Shown piece by piece: positions 24,383-37,959 of a stretch of DNA of 64,000 nucleotides. The DNA lies in the NCBI GenBank assembly GCA_964016885.1, contig OZ024741.1, forward strand, positions 412,548,001 through 412,612,000, written 5' to 3'. Position 1 is the stretch's first letter; each line of letters starts with the position of its first letter. The stretch is from Eledone cirrhosa. Taxonomy: Eukaryota. The translations under genes and the position numbers were made by a program. Below the pieces are notes generated by a model. It did not search any database and was not told the DNA's origin. It saw only the letters and a program-made list of their open reading frames with translations.

Positions 24383-25230
24383 ATTCAAATTTCAAAATCA
24401 AACCTGTTCCGTAGATAAGTTTAAACTTTAAAATCCAAATATGTTTCGAGATAAATAAGTGTAGGAATATCATGTCCTGCTCTCCTCAGTAAACATTTGG
24501 CAATGCAGTTCGTCTTTGTTGATTTATTATTTTAAATCGATATGGACAAACTGTAGTATAATAATTAGTATACTTCATTCTGGCTAAATTTTCTTTTGCA
24601 ATATATATACAGATGTGTTGGTATCTGTGTTTCATCATATATATTAGTTTATACACTGCTCAGGGGTATTTTCCTCCTTCGAGCTAATTCCATTGTAAAA
24701 GAATTCATTACACTTAATAATATAACTGCTCCTAGTCTGAGCTGAAAGCCGCCTCATATATACGACTGTTATTTCTAGCAGTACGGTTATGAGACTAGCT
24801 AGAAACTGTTAAACCATGTGCGTCACACAGTCTTTTAAATTATTTAGAAGTGAAGCATATCAATTTGTCCCTGGATGTTTACTGAGGAGAGCAGGACATG
24901 ATATTCCTACACTTATTTATCTCGAAACATATTTGGATTTTAAAGTTTAAACTTATCTACGGAACAGGTTTGATTTTGAAATTTGAATGTGTCTAAACAT
25001 CATAGCCTTTTGGCAATGCAGTTCGTCTTTGTTGATTTATTATTTTAAATCGATATGGACAAACTGTAGTATAATAATTAGTATACTTCATTCTGGCTAA
25101 ATTTTCTTTTGCAATATATATATACAGATGTGTTGGTATCTGTGTTTCATCATATATATTAGTTTATACACGGCTCAGGAGTATTTTCCTCCTTCGAGCT
25201 AATTCCATTGTAAAAGAATTCATTACACTT

Positions 25231-25239
<9 letters not shown>
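24383..25239 (+). mobile_element. Non-coding retrozyme/pLTR-like element (inverted piece plus 513-nt partial tandem, with hammerhead)
   Basis: 24383-24496 is the reverse complement of 24875-24988; 24496-24724 is repeated at 25009-25239; ends in (TA)n; CTGAGGA..GAAA fold at 24877-24952. Confidence 0.72.
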
Positions 25240-25284
<45 letters not shown>

Positions 25285-25653
25285 AAATAGTAAAAGGAAA
25301 AAAAACAGTAGAAAATACAAGAGCAATTTTTTCTGTCTAACACTTACAGAGAACGAAAGAAAACTACGGACAAAAATATGAACTTAAATATGTATGTAAA
25401 AACTAAAATTCTTTTTCTCCATTTTATTATTATTCTTGTTAATATGCAATTTAACTGCACTATACACTTGGGTCGTTAAAAAAGCATATAAAACTGAAAC
25501 CGGTACAATTAAATTCGGAAATCCCTACCTTGTAAATAAATGTTTTGATGTTATACTGAAATAATTCCTCCAGCATTTTCTACTGTTTTTTTTTCCTTTT
25601 TACTATTTGTTCATATATATCAATTCGTGTGTCACTTCTCTACATTCCACACA

Positions 25654-25733
<80 letters not shown>

Positions 25734-25997
25734 CACATATATATATATATTTATAGAGAGAGAGAGAGAGTTTGAGTATTTATATATATTGAGTTTTATA
25801 TATATTGAGTTAAAAACTCAATATAAACTTTTGATAAATTGGCTCCTTTGCTTTTGTAGAACTTTTAATATATCGGATGGTTCTGGCTGCTATTTTTTCT
25901 AGTAACCTTATGTTCTAGTCGATTCGCCCGCCACGTTATAACCATGTGTTATTTAGTCTTCTAAGAAACTTAGTTGTGAGGTAAATACTCGTCGTGG

Positions 25998-26078
25998 GTA
26001 TCCGTTGAAAAGCTCCACACCCGTAATTCTCTCCACGGAATTTTGCGAAACAGTTCTACCCGTAAGCTATCCGGATAC
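25998..26078 (+). ncRNA. Type I hammerhead ribozyme, U3-A8 core variant, slightly degenerate
   Basis: Stem I GTATCCG/CGGATAC, core TTGAAAA, stem II closed by GC/GC, GAA, stem III ACAGTT/AGCTAT (one mismatch), C17 at 26071. Confidence 0.72.
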
Positions 26079-26430
26079 ATGATAGTTGTCATGGTAGTTT
26101 CGTATATCTCAATCTATCATTTTGATTGAGTTCTGTGAACCATACTATTTAGTCAGTATTTTATTCACCCTAGCGGTTTCTGTCCCTTGTGATTTGAACA
26201 CATATAGTTATATATCCGTGTTGGTCCCTCTTTACTGCATTATATATATACTGGTAGAGGGTCGGACACCATACTTTGACGCATAGAGTTACGGCCCTTG
26301 CCATTCTGAGTTCAAATCTCGCCGAGGTTAACTTTGCTTTTCATCCTTACGGGGTCGATAAAATAAAGTACCAGTAATGTACTGGGTAATTGCTGGCCTT
26401 GTGCCAATAGTAGAAACAATTATATATATA

Positions 26431-27560
26431 TTAGTGACCCGTCCGGCTGGCGCCCGGCTAGGTATACCGGCATTTTATCTTTTCAGGAATCGCCCCTCCA
26501 CTCCAGTGCAAAGATACCGCATTCCCTCTCAAGTCAGCGAGGGTGGGGGAAGAGTTAACGTGCTCTGATGTTGGGCTTGAATAGTTAAAAATCGGTTTTG
26601 CAAAGATGTTTATGGCACATTGATGCTGTAATGCAATGTGGATGCAATCAGCTTGTCAACTCACCTGCTCCAATCTGGCTTGTTCTGTCTGTGTTGCTCT
26701 CCTGCCTTCTGCACGGGACTTCAGTTGCTGAAGGCGAGACTGGCGCTGCTCTTGAGACTGGGCTGATCGAATGGCTCTCGCCTGAGTCCTCATCTGCTGA
26801 AGGCGACGTTCATGATCATCTTCAGACTCTCTTGCTCTAGTAACATTTTTTCTTCTGGAAAATCTGATCTTGCGGCCAGGCTGGGACTTTTTGGGTGGCA
26901 TATCGGCAGTAGAAATGACGATAAGTCGTCTGTGCTTTCGTGAAATAAATAGGTTTGTTTATATTTTGTTTTTGTGTATGCAAAAATATCTGTACACGAA
27001 TATATATATTAAAATAACAGATTAAAGTTTAAGCAAATAATTGCTGCTTTCACCCTTAGCGGGATCTTCTGAAACTAAAAAAAATCAATCTGTGAACGCA
27101 GAAGTAAATATTTCGAAAAACGTTATTTAATGCAGACAGCCAGACATACAGTCATATTATAAGGGCGGGACGTTATAGCTATGTATCTATCTAAAAAGAC
27201 AGACTAAGAAAATGAAAGGAATGTTGTGCGACGTCATAGCTATGTATCTAATGCAGACAGCTAGACATACAGAGACATATTATAAGGGCGCGACGTTATA
27301 GCTATGTATCTATCTAAAAGGAAAGACTAAGAAAGAGTGAGGAATGTCGTATAACCGGAAGTGTTGACATTTGAAATTTGAAAGAAGTGAATATTTAAAT
27401 AATGTCTTTAATCTTTTAACAAAATTCAGTAGACAAAAATACCCTCACTTTTTTACTTGGAAAAAGTTACATCTATGGTGCAAATTTGGTGCTGTTTGGT
27501 CCAGCCGTTTGGCGAAAAGTTTGTTACATAATACGGCCGTCAGCTTTATATATATATATA
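26431..27560 (-). mobile_element. Internally deleted Helitron retaining the start of its ORF (26656-26901)
   Basis: 3' hairpin ccgggcgccagccgg then CTAA end. MPPKKSQ...ESEDDHERRLQQMR...QSQEQRQSRL resembles Helitron N-terminal repeats. 5' end similar to the 47222-48269 element. Confidence 0.75.
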
Positions 27561-29369
27561 TATCAAAAGTATATATTGAGTTAGAAACTCAGAATAGACC
27601 CTTACAATTAAAATAACTCTAGGAAAAGATTTTCCGAGCCGTGTAATATAATTTAATAAAAAAGAGAGTTAAACACCGATATATACATATATGTGTTCAA
27701 ATCATGGTCCCTTATGATTTGAACACATATATGTATATATCTGTGTTTATCTCTCTTTATTATATATATATACCATCCACCATACCACCCTCCACTACAC
27801 CACCTTCCCCTACACCACCCTCTACCATACCTACGCTGACCATAGACAGTTTCCTTCGAACATTCAGTTTTAGATCCAAATCTGTGTTCCGGTATCGAAA
27901 CAGGAAAGTGTGAAATGTTGTCAACACTGAGAGGAATTTGAACCACGCCCCTTCCCCTGAATTATTCCATAGCAATTTAGTAAGGTCTGTAGAATTTGAG
28001 GAATTTTGTAGAATTTGAGGAATTGTAAATATATTTGTAGGCGGCGAATTGGCGAAGTCGCTAGAACGTCGGATAGAATTTTATGGTATTTGTTCCGGCT
28101 CTCTGTTCTCTGAGTTCAAATCCCGCCGAGGTCCACTTTGCCTTTCATCCTTTCTAGGGCGAAAAAAAAAAGTACCAGTCTAGTACTGGGATCGATTCTT
28201 CCTCTATATCTTTCTTATTTCCTCTCTCTCACTTTCTATCTTTCTCTGGAAGAAATCTGCTGTACTCAGGCCTGGAGAGGGACGGGCTCTGCCAGGCTTA
28301 AAATGCACAAGAAACGCCATATGTCAATATGGCGCCCCTACGACTCTGTCAGGAGGTACAATGTATACATATATTTGTAGTGAATAAACAATTATTTATT
28401 CTGTATTATAACGTATGGAGATCTCTACTAAGAAATAGATTAATATACAGGGTGGGTGGAAGGAAATTCCATATTTAAAATAGTTAATAACTTTATTAAT
28501 TATTGATCAATTTTCATAAAACATGTTTTATTTTGAACAGTATGATATAGAAGTACAGTACAATATTAAAAGTCTACATAGGTACCAGTGTTGTCTACCA
28601 CTGTTTGTAACCAGTAACTCAACTGGTATGTTGGTCAGCTATAAACTTCTTCCTTCATCTCAACATGAAATATATCATATGGTGTTAAGTCAGAGCTTGT
28701 TGCTGGCCATTAATGTGGACCTTGGCAACCCAGCCAATGTCCTGGAAATTGGAGTCAAGTCATTCATGGACAGTGCGGGCAAAATGAGGATTGTCCCTAT
28801 CCCGCATGAATCTGATGTTGTTGATGTGGTCCCAAGTGGTCACAATAGAACAAAAGTTATAAGTAATTTTTAATATGGAGTTTCTTTCCACGCACCCGTG
28901 TGTATGTGTGCGCGTGTGTAATGTATATACGTATATGTGAGTGCGTGCATGAGCATGTGTGGTGTGTGTGTGTTCGCGCATGTGTCTGTATGTGTATATG
29001 TTTGTAGGCATGTATGTGCGTATGCGTAAATGTGTCAGTATGTGTGTGTGTATGTGTGGGCATATGTGTATTTGTATGTTTGTCTCTTTTGTGTATGTAT
29101 GTGTTTGTGAATGTGTGTGCGTGTGTTTATTTATATGCGTTTGCGTGTGTGTCTGTGTGTGAGTGTGTGATTATGTGTGTGTGAGTGTGTTATGTGTGTA
29201 GCGCCAGATGTAATATTTAACGACCTGTATATTTATGAAAAGAAATGTATATTTCTACGTAATGTGAATTCCCAGTTATGAAGTTCCCTTTGCAATGATA
29301 AGATCTGGAGTTCAAGACCACTGCATGACAGCTTCGACAAGTTCCTTTATCATGGTCTTCAGTTGTCGA

Positions 29370-29640
29370 AAGTCTGTCTGAAGCCCCGAGGTTCATCAGA
29401 GAGGTGCTTACCCCGATTTCCTTGATGATAAGTGACTGAGATTAGAAGACTCCCCCGTGGACATGACGCCACAGGGTAACCCCTCCACAGGGTAACCCCT
29501 TCACAGCTACAGCTGCTACTCATTTTCAGCTCAGTCTACTGAAGCAATGTGAAATAAAGTGTTTTGCTCACAACCTAATCCAGGAATCGAACCCACAACA
29601 TTATGATCACATGTTCAACACCCTAACTTCTAGGCCACTC
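29370..29640 (-). mobile_element. tRNA-derived SINE family C, degenerate
   Basis: Reverse complement resembles 32645-32930 (gtggcctag..ttagggtgttg, gtgggttcgattcct). Confidence 0.7.
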
Positions 29641-30643
29641 CTAAGCCTTATTAGTGAAACTGAATTCACAACAAGTGTTTGGAAATCCATTAAAGGGCCA
29701 GTCCAGCCTGTCTCATGCTGAATCTCCCTCAGAATCACGTTAAGGGTACACGTGTCTGTGGAATGTTCAGCCACTTATACAGTAGTACAAGAAGGACTGT
29801 ACCTGTATTTCAAGGGTCTAACTTTGTCATATATTATGTCACGCTGATTTGATTTGTGAATTATATTAAGGCGTATGTCACTGTGGAATACTCAGCCACT
29901 TTCATGAGTCAGATCTTCAGTTGATCGAAAGATTGAATGATCATCGTCGAAACTGACGAAAGACAAGTTTGCTTCTTAATGTTTTGTTACTCCTGGCAGA
30001 AGGAAGAAAGACGTGTGTGTGTGTGTATGTGTGTGTGTGAGTATGTGAGTGATCTGTGTATGTGTGTGTATAGATCCCTATCAAACCCCACAAGGCATCC
30101 CGTCCGATTTTTAACGATTCCACAAACCCACCGCCCATGTACTGGTACTTTATTTTATCGTCGTACCTCTCAAAAGGATAAAATGTAAAGTTACCCTCGG
30201 TGGGATTTGAACTTAGAGCACAGGGAACTGGAACATCTAATCCGATGCTCTACTGACTCTGCCAATTCCCCGCCAACGTCTTATTATCTTTGTTTTTTCG
30301 TTCATTGCCAGAGAACGTCTCTATGCACCACCTAAGAGAACATTAGTCTACGACCTCTTTTATACCATAAACGTGGTTCTGTCTTTGCGCGTAATTGTTT
30401 TTCACCGCTCCTATTAATGACGTATTATTCTTTTGCCTTTCATCCTTATGGGGTCGATAAAATAAAGTACCAGTAATGCACTGGATAATTGCTGGCCTTG
30501 TGCCTAAAGTAGAAACAATTATTCTTTTTTTCCCGTTCTTTGCCAGCGAACGTTACCACGAACCAAAGTATCGTCTTCCTGTCTTCCCCCGGTTGCAACG
30601 TTTTTTGAAATATCCAGTTCTGCGTTTACAGATTGACTTTGTT

Positions 30644-30694
30644 AGTTTCAGAAGATCCCGTTAAGGGTGAAAGCAGCGATTCTTTGCTTAAACT
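30644..30694 (+). ncRNA. Hammerhead-like fold with CAGAAGA (U4A) core; copies at 14527-14577(-) and 27026-27076(-)
   Basis: Stem I AGTTT/AAACT, stem II CCC/GGG, GAA, stem III AGCAG/TTGCT, CTT site. Confidence 0.6.
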
Positions 30695-30803
30695 TTAATC
30701 TGTTATTTTAATAAATATTTGCTCTACGGTTCTTATATATTTGATATATATTTTCCTTATCGAGCCCTCTTTGGATTTTAGTCTTCAATTTTATTATTAT
30801 TAC

Positions 30804-30934
<131 letters not shown>

Positions 30935-31579
30935 TGGAAGAAAATAATTGAGAAAGAGATATAGGGAAAGAATCTAAGACGTTTTGTATAGATAGACAAC
31001 ATTATATTGTATAAGCAGATAGACCATAAACTATGTTAAGACGGCAGTGATGTGAAACGTTTGATTCTTAAGACTTCTCTTAGTTGTTAGGTGATGTTAT
31101 AATGTAACTTTTGTTAATATTTGGGGGGAATTATTTCACTTCACTTACGTAGAGAAAGACATTTATTACAATCTTATCACAAAGAGTTTTTACATTCTTT
31201 CTTTTCTGTCTGTCTTCTCATTAAAGAGCCCGCGTTGTTACACGCTGTGTCAGGCTGGATTTCCCTGAGAATTACGTCACATGTACACAATTTGGAGAAT
31301 GTTCAGCTACTTGTAATGTAATAGTTTCCGATTTAGGCACAAGGCCAACAATTTTAGGGGAAGGGGAAAGTCGATTAGATCGACCTCAGTGCATTACTGG
31401 TACTTTATTTTATAGACCCGTTCCCCTGTAAGGATGAAAGGCAAAGCTAACCTCGGCGGGATTTGAGTGCAGAACATAAAGGGTCGTAACTCTATGCCAC
31501 AAAGCATGTTGTCCGACGCTCTACCGATTACTGTCAAACCACCAGACTCAGCCATTTGTACTAAAATACAATATGGAGT

Positions 31580-32070
31580 GTACTTATTAAATCAAAGTTG
31601 AAGTCACACTGTTTCAAGCTGAATCTCCCCGAGAATAACATTAAGGGTCTGTGGAATGCTCAGCCACTTACACAACAATACAAGATGGACTGTACTTGTA
31701 ATTCAATGGAAGGTAAAGATGTCTGTGGAATAGTCAGCCTCATTTATTGTAATACAACATCGACTGGAACTGAAATAGACAGCATCTTCACAGCCTGTGT
31801 CATGCTGAATCTCGCTGAGAATTAACGCAAGACTACTCATGTCTATGGAATACTCAACCACATACATTATATGAACTATACCTGTAAGTCAAATGTCTAG
31901 CCTTGATACACACTTTCGTGCTGAATCTCCCTGAGAATTACATTAAAAGTACACGTGTCAGTCAACTTCTCAGACACTTGCAAGTAAATGTGATGCGTCA
32001 GTGGGCTGTACCGTTGATTGAACAATTGGAGTGATCATAGTCGACTGCGACGGATGGCCATTCCAGGCAC
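31580..32070 (+). repeat. Degenerate tandem (~100-120 nt) of dispersed repeat D; also at ~7340-7480, 29680-29960, 31230-31315, 40030-40120(-)
   Basis: Recurring gctgaatctccctgagaattac..taagggtacacgtgtctgtggaatgctcagccactt. Confidence 0.75.
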
Positions 32071-32644
32071 ATTACTTCACTTCACAAACAGACGAAACGA
32101 CATTTGTTGCGATCTTATCACAGTTTCTGTATTTTCTGTCAACTGTCATTTCATTAAATTATTAAATACAGAGACCCCCCCCCTACAAACACACATATAC
32201 AGCTCACTCACATGCATAAACACACATTTACATACATACATATACATACCCACATACACATATATATACACACATACACATATACAGCTCACTCACATAC
32301 ATAAACACACATACACACATACATATGCATACACACATACACATATACATGCACACATACACATATACAGATCACTCACTCACACATACACAGATCACTC
32401 ACATACATAAACCCCCACACACACATACACATACACATATATAATTGTTTCTACTTTTGGCGCAAGGCCAACAATTACCCAGTGCATTACTGGTACTTTA
32501 TTTTATCGACCCCGTAAGGATGAAAGGCAAAGTCAACCTCAGCAGGATTTGAACTCAGATCGTAAAGGGACGTAACTTACACATATATAATAAACACTAA
32601 CAAGTCGTAACTGTAAAATGTTCTTATGTTTAGTGTTGTCAGTT

Positions 32645-32930
32645 GGGGCGGGTGGCCTAGTGGTAAGGGTGTTGGACTTAAGATAATAATGTTGTGGGTT
32701 CGATTCCTTGACAGGATTGTGGATTGTGTTCTTGAGCAAAATACTTGATTTCAAATAGCTGCAGTATACTCATCTGAAAATGAATACCAGCAGTAGCTGG
32801 GGTTTCATCCTGCAATGGACTGGTGTCCTGTCCAGGAGTGGGGAGGATCTTGTACTCTCAGTCGCTTAACACCAAGAAAACCGAGATAAACACGGGTCTG
32901 ATGAACCTCCGGGCTCGAGACAGACTTTGG
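32645..32930 (+). mobile_element. tRNA-derived SINE family C (CORE/V-domain-like body)
   Basis: A box tggcctagtgg, B box ggttcgattcc, gtgttcttgagcaaaatact, cctgcaatggactggtgtcctgtccagg. Confidence 0.8.
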
Positions 32931-33438
32931 ACTTTAGATGAAAAGCAGTAAATTGACAGTTTTTAGAATGTTGGATATAGGCGGCAAATTGGCTGTCGTT
33001 AGAACGTCAGATACTTTGCGGTATTCCAACTCTCTGTTCTTTGATGTCAACTTTGCTTTTCATCCATTCCAGGTCGATAAAAAATTACCAGTCATGTACT
33101 GGGGTTAATTCTTCCTCCATATCTCTTTCTCACTTCCATTCTCTCAGTCTATCTTTCTCTGGAAGATATCAGCCGTATTCAGACCTGGAAAGGAGATGTA
33201 CTCTGCCACATTTTAAAGTGCCCTAAGAAACACTGTATATCAATATGGCGCCCCTAGAACTCCCTTGGGAGTTACGGAATACAATGAAAATGAGAACTTC
33301 AAATAGATTGCTTTATGGTAATTGTACCGGCTCTCTGCTCTTCTCAGTTCAACTCCATCGAAGTCAACATTGCCTTTCATCCTTTGGAGGTCGATAAAGA
33401 AATATCACAAATATCAGTCTAATGCTGGGGCTGATTCT

Positions 33439-33525
<87 letters not shown>

Positions 33526-33872
33526 GTGTGTGTGTGTAAGAAATTGCCTGTGTTCAGAGCTGGAGGGGGATGCGCTCCGCCAGGTTTTAAATACTCAAGA
33601 GAGGCCCAATATCACAACGGCGCCGTTACGGTTCGCAATTAGTCATGAGAATGTGGCCTTGATGGGGATACCGCCTTTAAGGGGTGCGGGAGGGATGTAG
33701 TCGATCTTATCCACAACATTACTTCCTTTTTTCATGCTTGGTGCTTATTTTATAATTTCATCAATTTCTTTTTGTTGAATCCGTAAGTTACGGAACATAA
33801 AAAACACACACATACATACATACATACATATATACATATATACATACATACAATCATAAATACATACATAAA

Positions 33873-34265
33873 ACGTGTTCTGTTGTGGTGATCAGCTGCC
33901 CACTTGATGTAAACGTTGTCAGAAAAATACAGGAGAAGGAGGACATCTACGGACCATTGATGAGGAGTTTGCAAATCCAGTATCCAAAATACACCTTTAG
34001 CTTCATACCCATCATTATTGGAGCTACGGGTTATATACCAACCCGTTTGGACCAAAGTATGACTGAACTTGGATTTGCGCACAAAGAGCGCAGCTCCCTA
34101 ATTCATAGTCTACAAATGGTTGCGATACCTGGCACCTTCAAAATTTGCAAAACATTCTTGCGATTCAAGGGATGACAATTTCTTTTCTTTTACAACCCTG
34201 CCACCAGGAAGGTGGCCGGTCAAAACAATATACTCGAAATTAAGAGAAAGAGATAACATACATAC
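33873..34265 (+). mobile_element. R4-like RLE-LINE 3' fragment in a (TACA)n context
   Basis: SCPLDVNV..KEDIYGPL..PIIIGATG..KICKTFL. Confidence 0.8.
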
Positions 34266-34389
34266 ATATATATATATGATGGTTGCAAACTCTGCTAAGA
34301 ATATTGCAATTGCTTGTCAGATTACAGAAAATGGTGCACTTTTAGGCTACAGCCAGCCACACGAACCTGTAACATAACCTGGACAAGCA

Positions 34390-34796
34390 ATACCTGTGCT
34401 TTAAAGGTTTTTTAAGTGGGGAAAGGCCTTGCACTCGACCAATCCCACACTCTGAGCATCGAAAACACTTCCCGAAAAGGAGAACTGGTCAACACCATCG
34501 GATGCTTCCGAAGCCGCAGGTTTTTTTCAGAATTTCCCTCTTAGAAAGGTGTTGTGACAACAACTGAGAGCCTTTCACTCCCAGGTGAAAAGAAAGTACT
34601 ATTTGGATGGCCATTGACTCTGCTGAGTTTCTTCGCTCTTTGCCGGGTCTTGTATTTCATCTCGCAGGATGTCCAAATATCACCCTCCCCACCAAGCAAG
34701 CTTGGTGGGGTTGCCAGTTTAGTCGCCGAAGATCCGACCATGAGACAGGTTGTACTGGGTTACATGTTACCAGTAGCACTCGAGAGCGACCTGACA
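34390..34796 (-). mobile_element. Probable 5' end of an RLE-LINE; homologue at 43061-43200(+)
   Basis: Shared ctggtaacatgta..cagtacaacctgtctc.tggtcgg..ggcgactaaactggcaacccc; abuts (TACA)n. Confidence 0.55.
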
Positions 34797-34894
34797 TATG
34801 TATGTACATACATACATACATGCATACATACATACATACATACATACATACATACATACATACATACATACATACATACATACATACATACATA

Positions 34895-37560
34895 GGATAT
34901 GTGACAATGCTCATTACATGCAAACAAACACAAAAAATTTCACTCCTCACCAACAAAGAGTGAAAAATAAAATAGAGACGATGAACAGTAGAAGCAGAAC
35001 TCTTCAATATAAGCTGACCACCCTGGAACAAGAATTGAGAGCTGTTAGTGAATAACGCCAAAACACGAGGAAGGTAGATGAGAGAAAAGTGCTTAATAAA
35101 AGATTCAGACGAAACCAAACATCAGTCTATAGAGATATGAAGAACAAAATAATAAGTGTCACTGAGGCCCCACCCCTGAAAGACATAGATTCCTTTTGGA
35201 GCAAAATATGGGGTGAAAAGAAGAATTTCAACCAAGATGCAGTGTGGCTAAGAGAAATCCGAAAGAACTATTGCTCCTACACTACAACAAAAACATACGA
35301 AATAAGTGAGGGTACCCTTGAGACTGTGATAGGAAAACTCCAAGATAAGAAAACACCAGGAAGAGACATGATTGTATGCTACTGGTACAAAAAAACTGAT
35401 ATTCTATCGGAGGTATCTTACTGAGCTCTACCAACAAGTTCTTAAGGGAGATACACTTATACCAGAATGGTTGACATTAGCACAAACATTACTGGCCCCC
35501 AAGAACAAAGACACCCACTTGGCAAAAAACTACCGACCCATTGCATGCCAGAACCTGATGTATAATATGTATACAGCCTGCCTGAACCTATTCCTCCAAG
35601 ATCACTGTGAAAATAATAACATCATCACAGATGAACAAGCAGCTGGAAAGAAAGGGGTTTGGGGATGTGCTGAACAACTCCTAATCAACAAAACTGCGAT
35701 GTCGGAGGTGCAACAACATAGGAGGAATATGGCTACAGTCTGGCTGGACTACAGGAAAGCTTTCGATTCTGTTCCCCACTCTTGGATGATAGAGGCCCTC
35801 CAGCTTGCTAAAGTCCCAGACATTATTGTCAGAGCCATAGAAAAGGTGTCTTCTTGGGCTACTATCTTAAGGGAGACAGTCTCTCTGTGCTATTATTCAT
35901 CTTGTCATTAAGCCCCTTGTCCTTTCTGCTCAAGAAATGTGAGGGATACATCATTGGCTCACAGGAGGACTAAAATACGAACCTAACCCATAATTTCTTT
36001 GTGGGATCTGAAACTCTATGCCAAGAACATGGAGGGGATGAAGAAAAATCTTGACCTGGTTACAACCTTCTCAAGGGATATAGGAATGGAATTTGGCCAA
36101 GATAAATGTTCAAACATGACTGTAAAGCGGGGAAAAATAACAACCCAATCTAGCAACATTGTCATCAATGGCCTAACTGTTTCACCGATATCTGATGAGG
36201 ACTGCTACAGATACCTGGGGATAGATGAGAACATATCCTAAAAGGGTATCTGTAATAAGGAACGCGTAACCAAGGAATACTACACCCGATTAAGAAAGAT
36301 TTGGTCATCGGAACTCTCTGCGCAAAACAAAACAGTGGCTCACAATCTGTTTGATGTGCCTGTCCTAACACCAACGTTTGGAATACTCAATTGGACGAAA
36401 GACGAAATCCGAGCAGTTGATGTTGGAACTCGAAAAATACTAAACAACACCGGAAACTTCCACATCAACAGTGACATAGACCGCCTTTACTTGAAACGTA
36501 AGCAGGGAGGTAGAGGCCTAACATCAGTCCAGACAGCATTTGAATGTCGCATCATATCCATCCGACAACATCTAAGAACCTCAAAGCGTAGGAGCCCGTC
36601 TCCTGAGCAAGTCTATATGCATGAAACAGATAAGATCATGAGAGTTGGGATAATCAAAAACTCACACCCAGGGAAGTCACTCAGCAGTATCGCAATGAAT
36701 CCATGGATGAAAGACTGCATGCTTATCAGCAAAAAATCATGCATGGATATGTTGCCAGGAAGCGGTACCATCTACCTATGAGGCATGATGTAGTGGCCAA
36801 AACACTGTACAATGGAGTTCGTTAAAAAGATAGCCTTGATAATAAACACATTAAAAGCTACAGCAATGTGGAAGACGTCCACGTACATAATATGAAAGAG
36901 TACTGGTGGAATGTTCCAGTAAAACCCCCAATAAAATGCAGGCATAACAGACCAGATATTATGATATGGGACAGGGAGAAGAAAGCATACACAGTAGTGG
37001 AAATTAGCTGCCCAGCAGATGCAAATATAATATCAAAGATAAGCGAAAAGGAGAATATTTATGCAGAACTGATGAGAAATTTGCAGATTACACCTGATTA
37101 CACCTGAATATACCTGATTAGACCTTCAGATTTATGCCTGTGATTATTGGGGCACTGGGGTATGTTAGTAACTGCCTCAATACAAATCTTGAGAAGCTAG
37201 GCTTCACAGGAACAGAAAGAACACAACTAGTTAAGAAATTACAAGTACAATCCATTAATGGAACTGTAAAAATATGTAAAACATTCCAAAAATTTTGCAT
37301 CTAATAACTGCATATACACATGTACAGATACAAAGCATATACACATGCACACATACAACTCAAAACATATACATCCACACATACAATAACATCCATATCT
37401 ACACATGCAGACATGCATACATATCTTCCTAGTTGTGTAAATTCCAATGAGAGAGGCTTGTGTCTATGCTAGAAACCGACTCTCTCTCTATTGGGAAAAG
37501 ATTTGTGAAATTATAAAAGCAGAACAACATACATATATACATACATACATACATATATGC
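34895..37560 (+). mobile_element. R4/Dong-like LINE, degenerate (RT + restriction-like endonuclease)
   Basis: NYRPIAC, WLDYRKAFDSVPH, GDSL, DLKLYA, YRYLG, GGRGL, RHD, HNRPDI, many stops/frameshifts; (TACA)n flanks. Confidence 0.9.
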
Positions 37561-37959
37561 ATCAACACATACATTTTTGCTATAGTGTTGGTGGTTGTGG
37601 TAGTGATAGTGGTACTGTTTTTTTACATATCCTCCGTCGCTCCTCAAGATTTCGTCTCTATACACATATAGAAAAGCTCACATAAGAAATTGTTCTGATT
37701 CTGGTGATAGCAACCATATTTCATAATCTATATCATATATACTGACGTTAAATGATGATGGTGGTGATAATGAGGGGGCCATCGCCGTGATCTCAAGTCA
37801 GACCTATAACCAAATATATTCTAGTGATGACCATCATCATTAAAACACTAGAGTAAGAGACAGCCACAATCTTACAGTTCCACCCATTGCAGCTTTCATA
37901 ACCAGTTGTGGTCCCGTGCTAAGATAATTAACTCTGTTATATTTCAGTAATATTGTAGT

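Noticed and set aside
32896-32926. CTGATGA hammerhead core
   Set aside because: No GAAA and no stem I/III; part of the SINE C tail.
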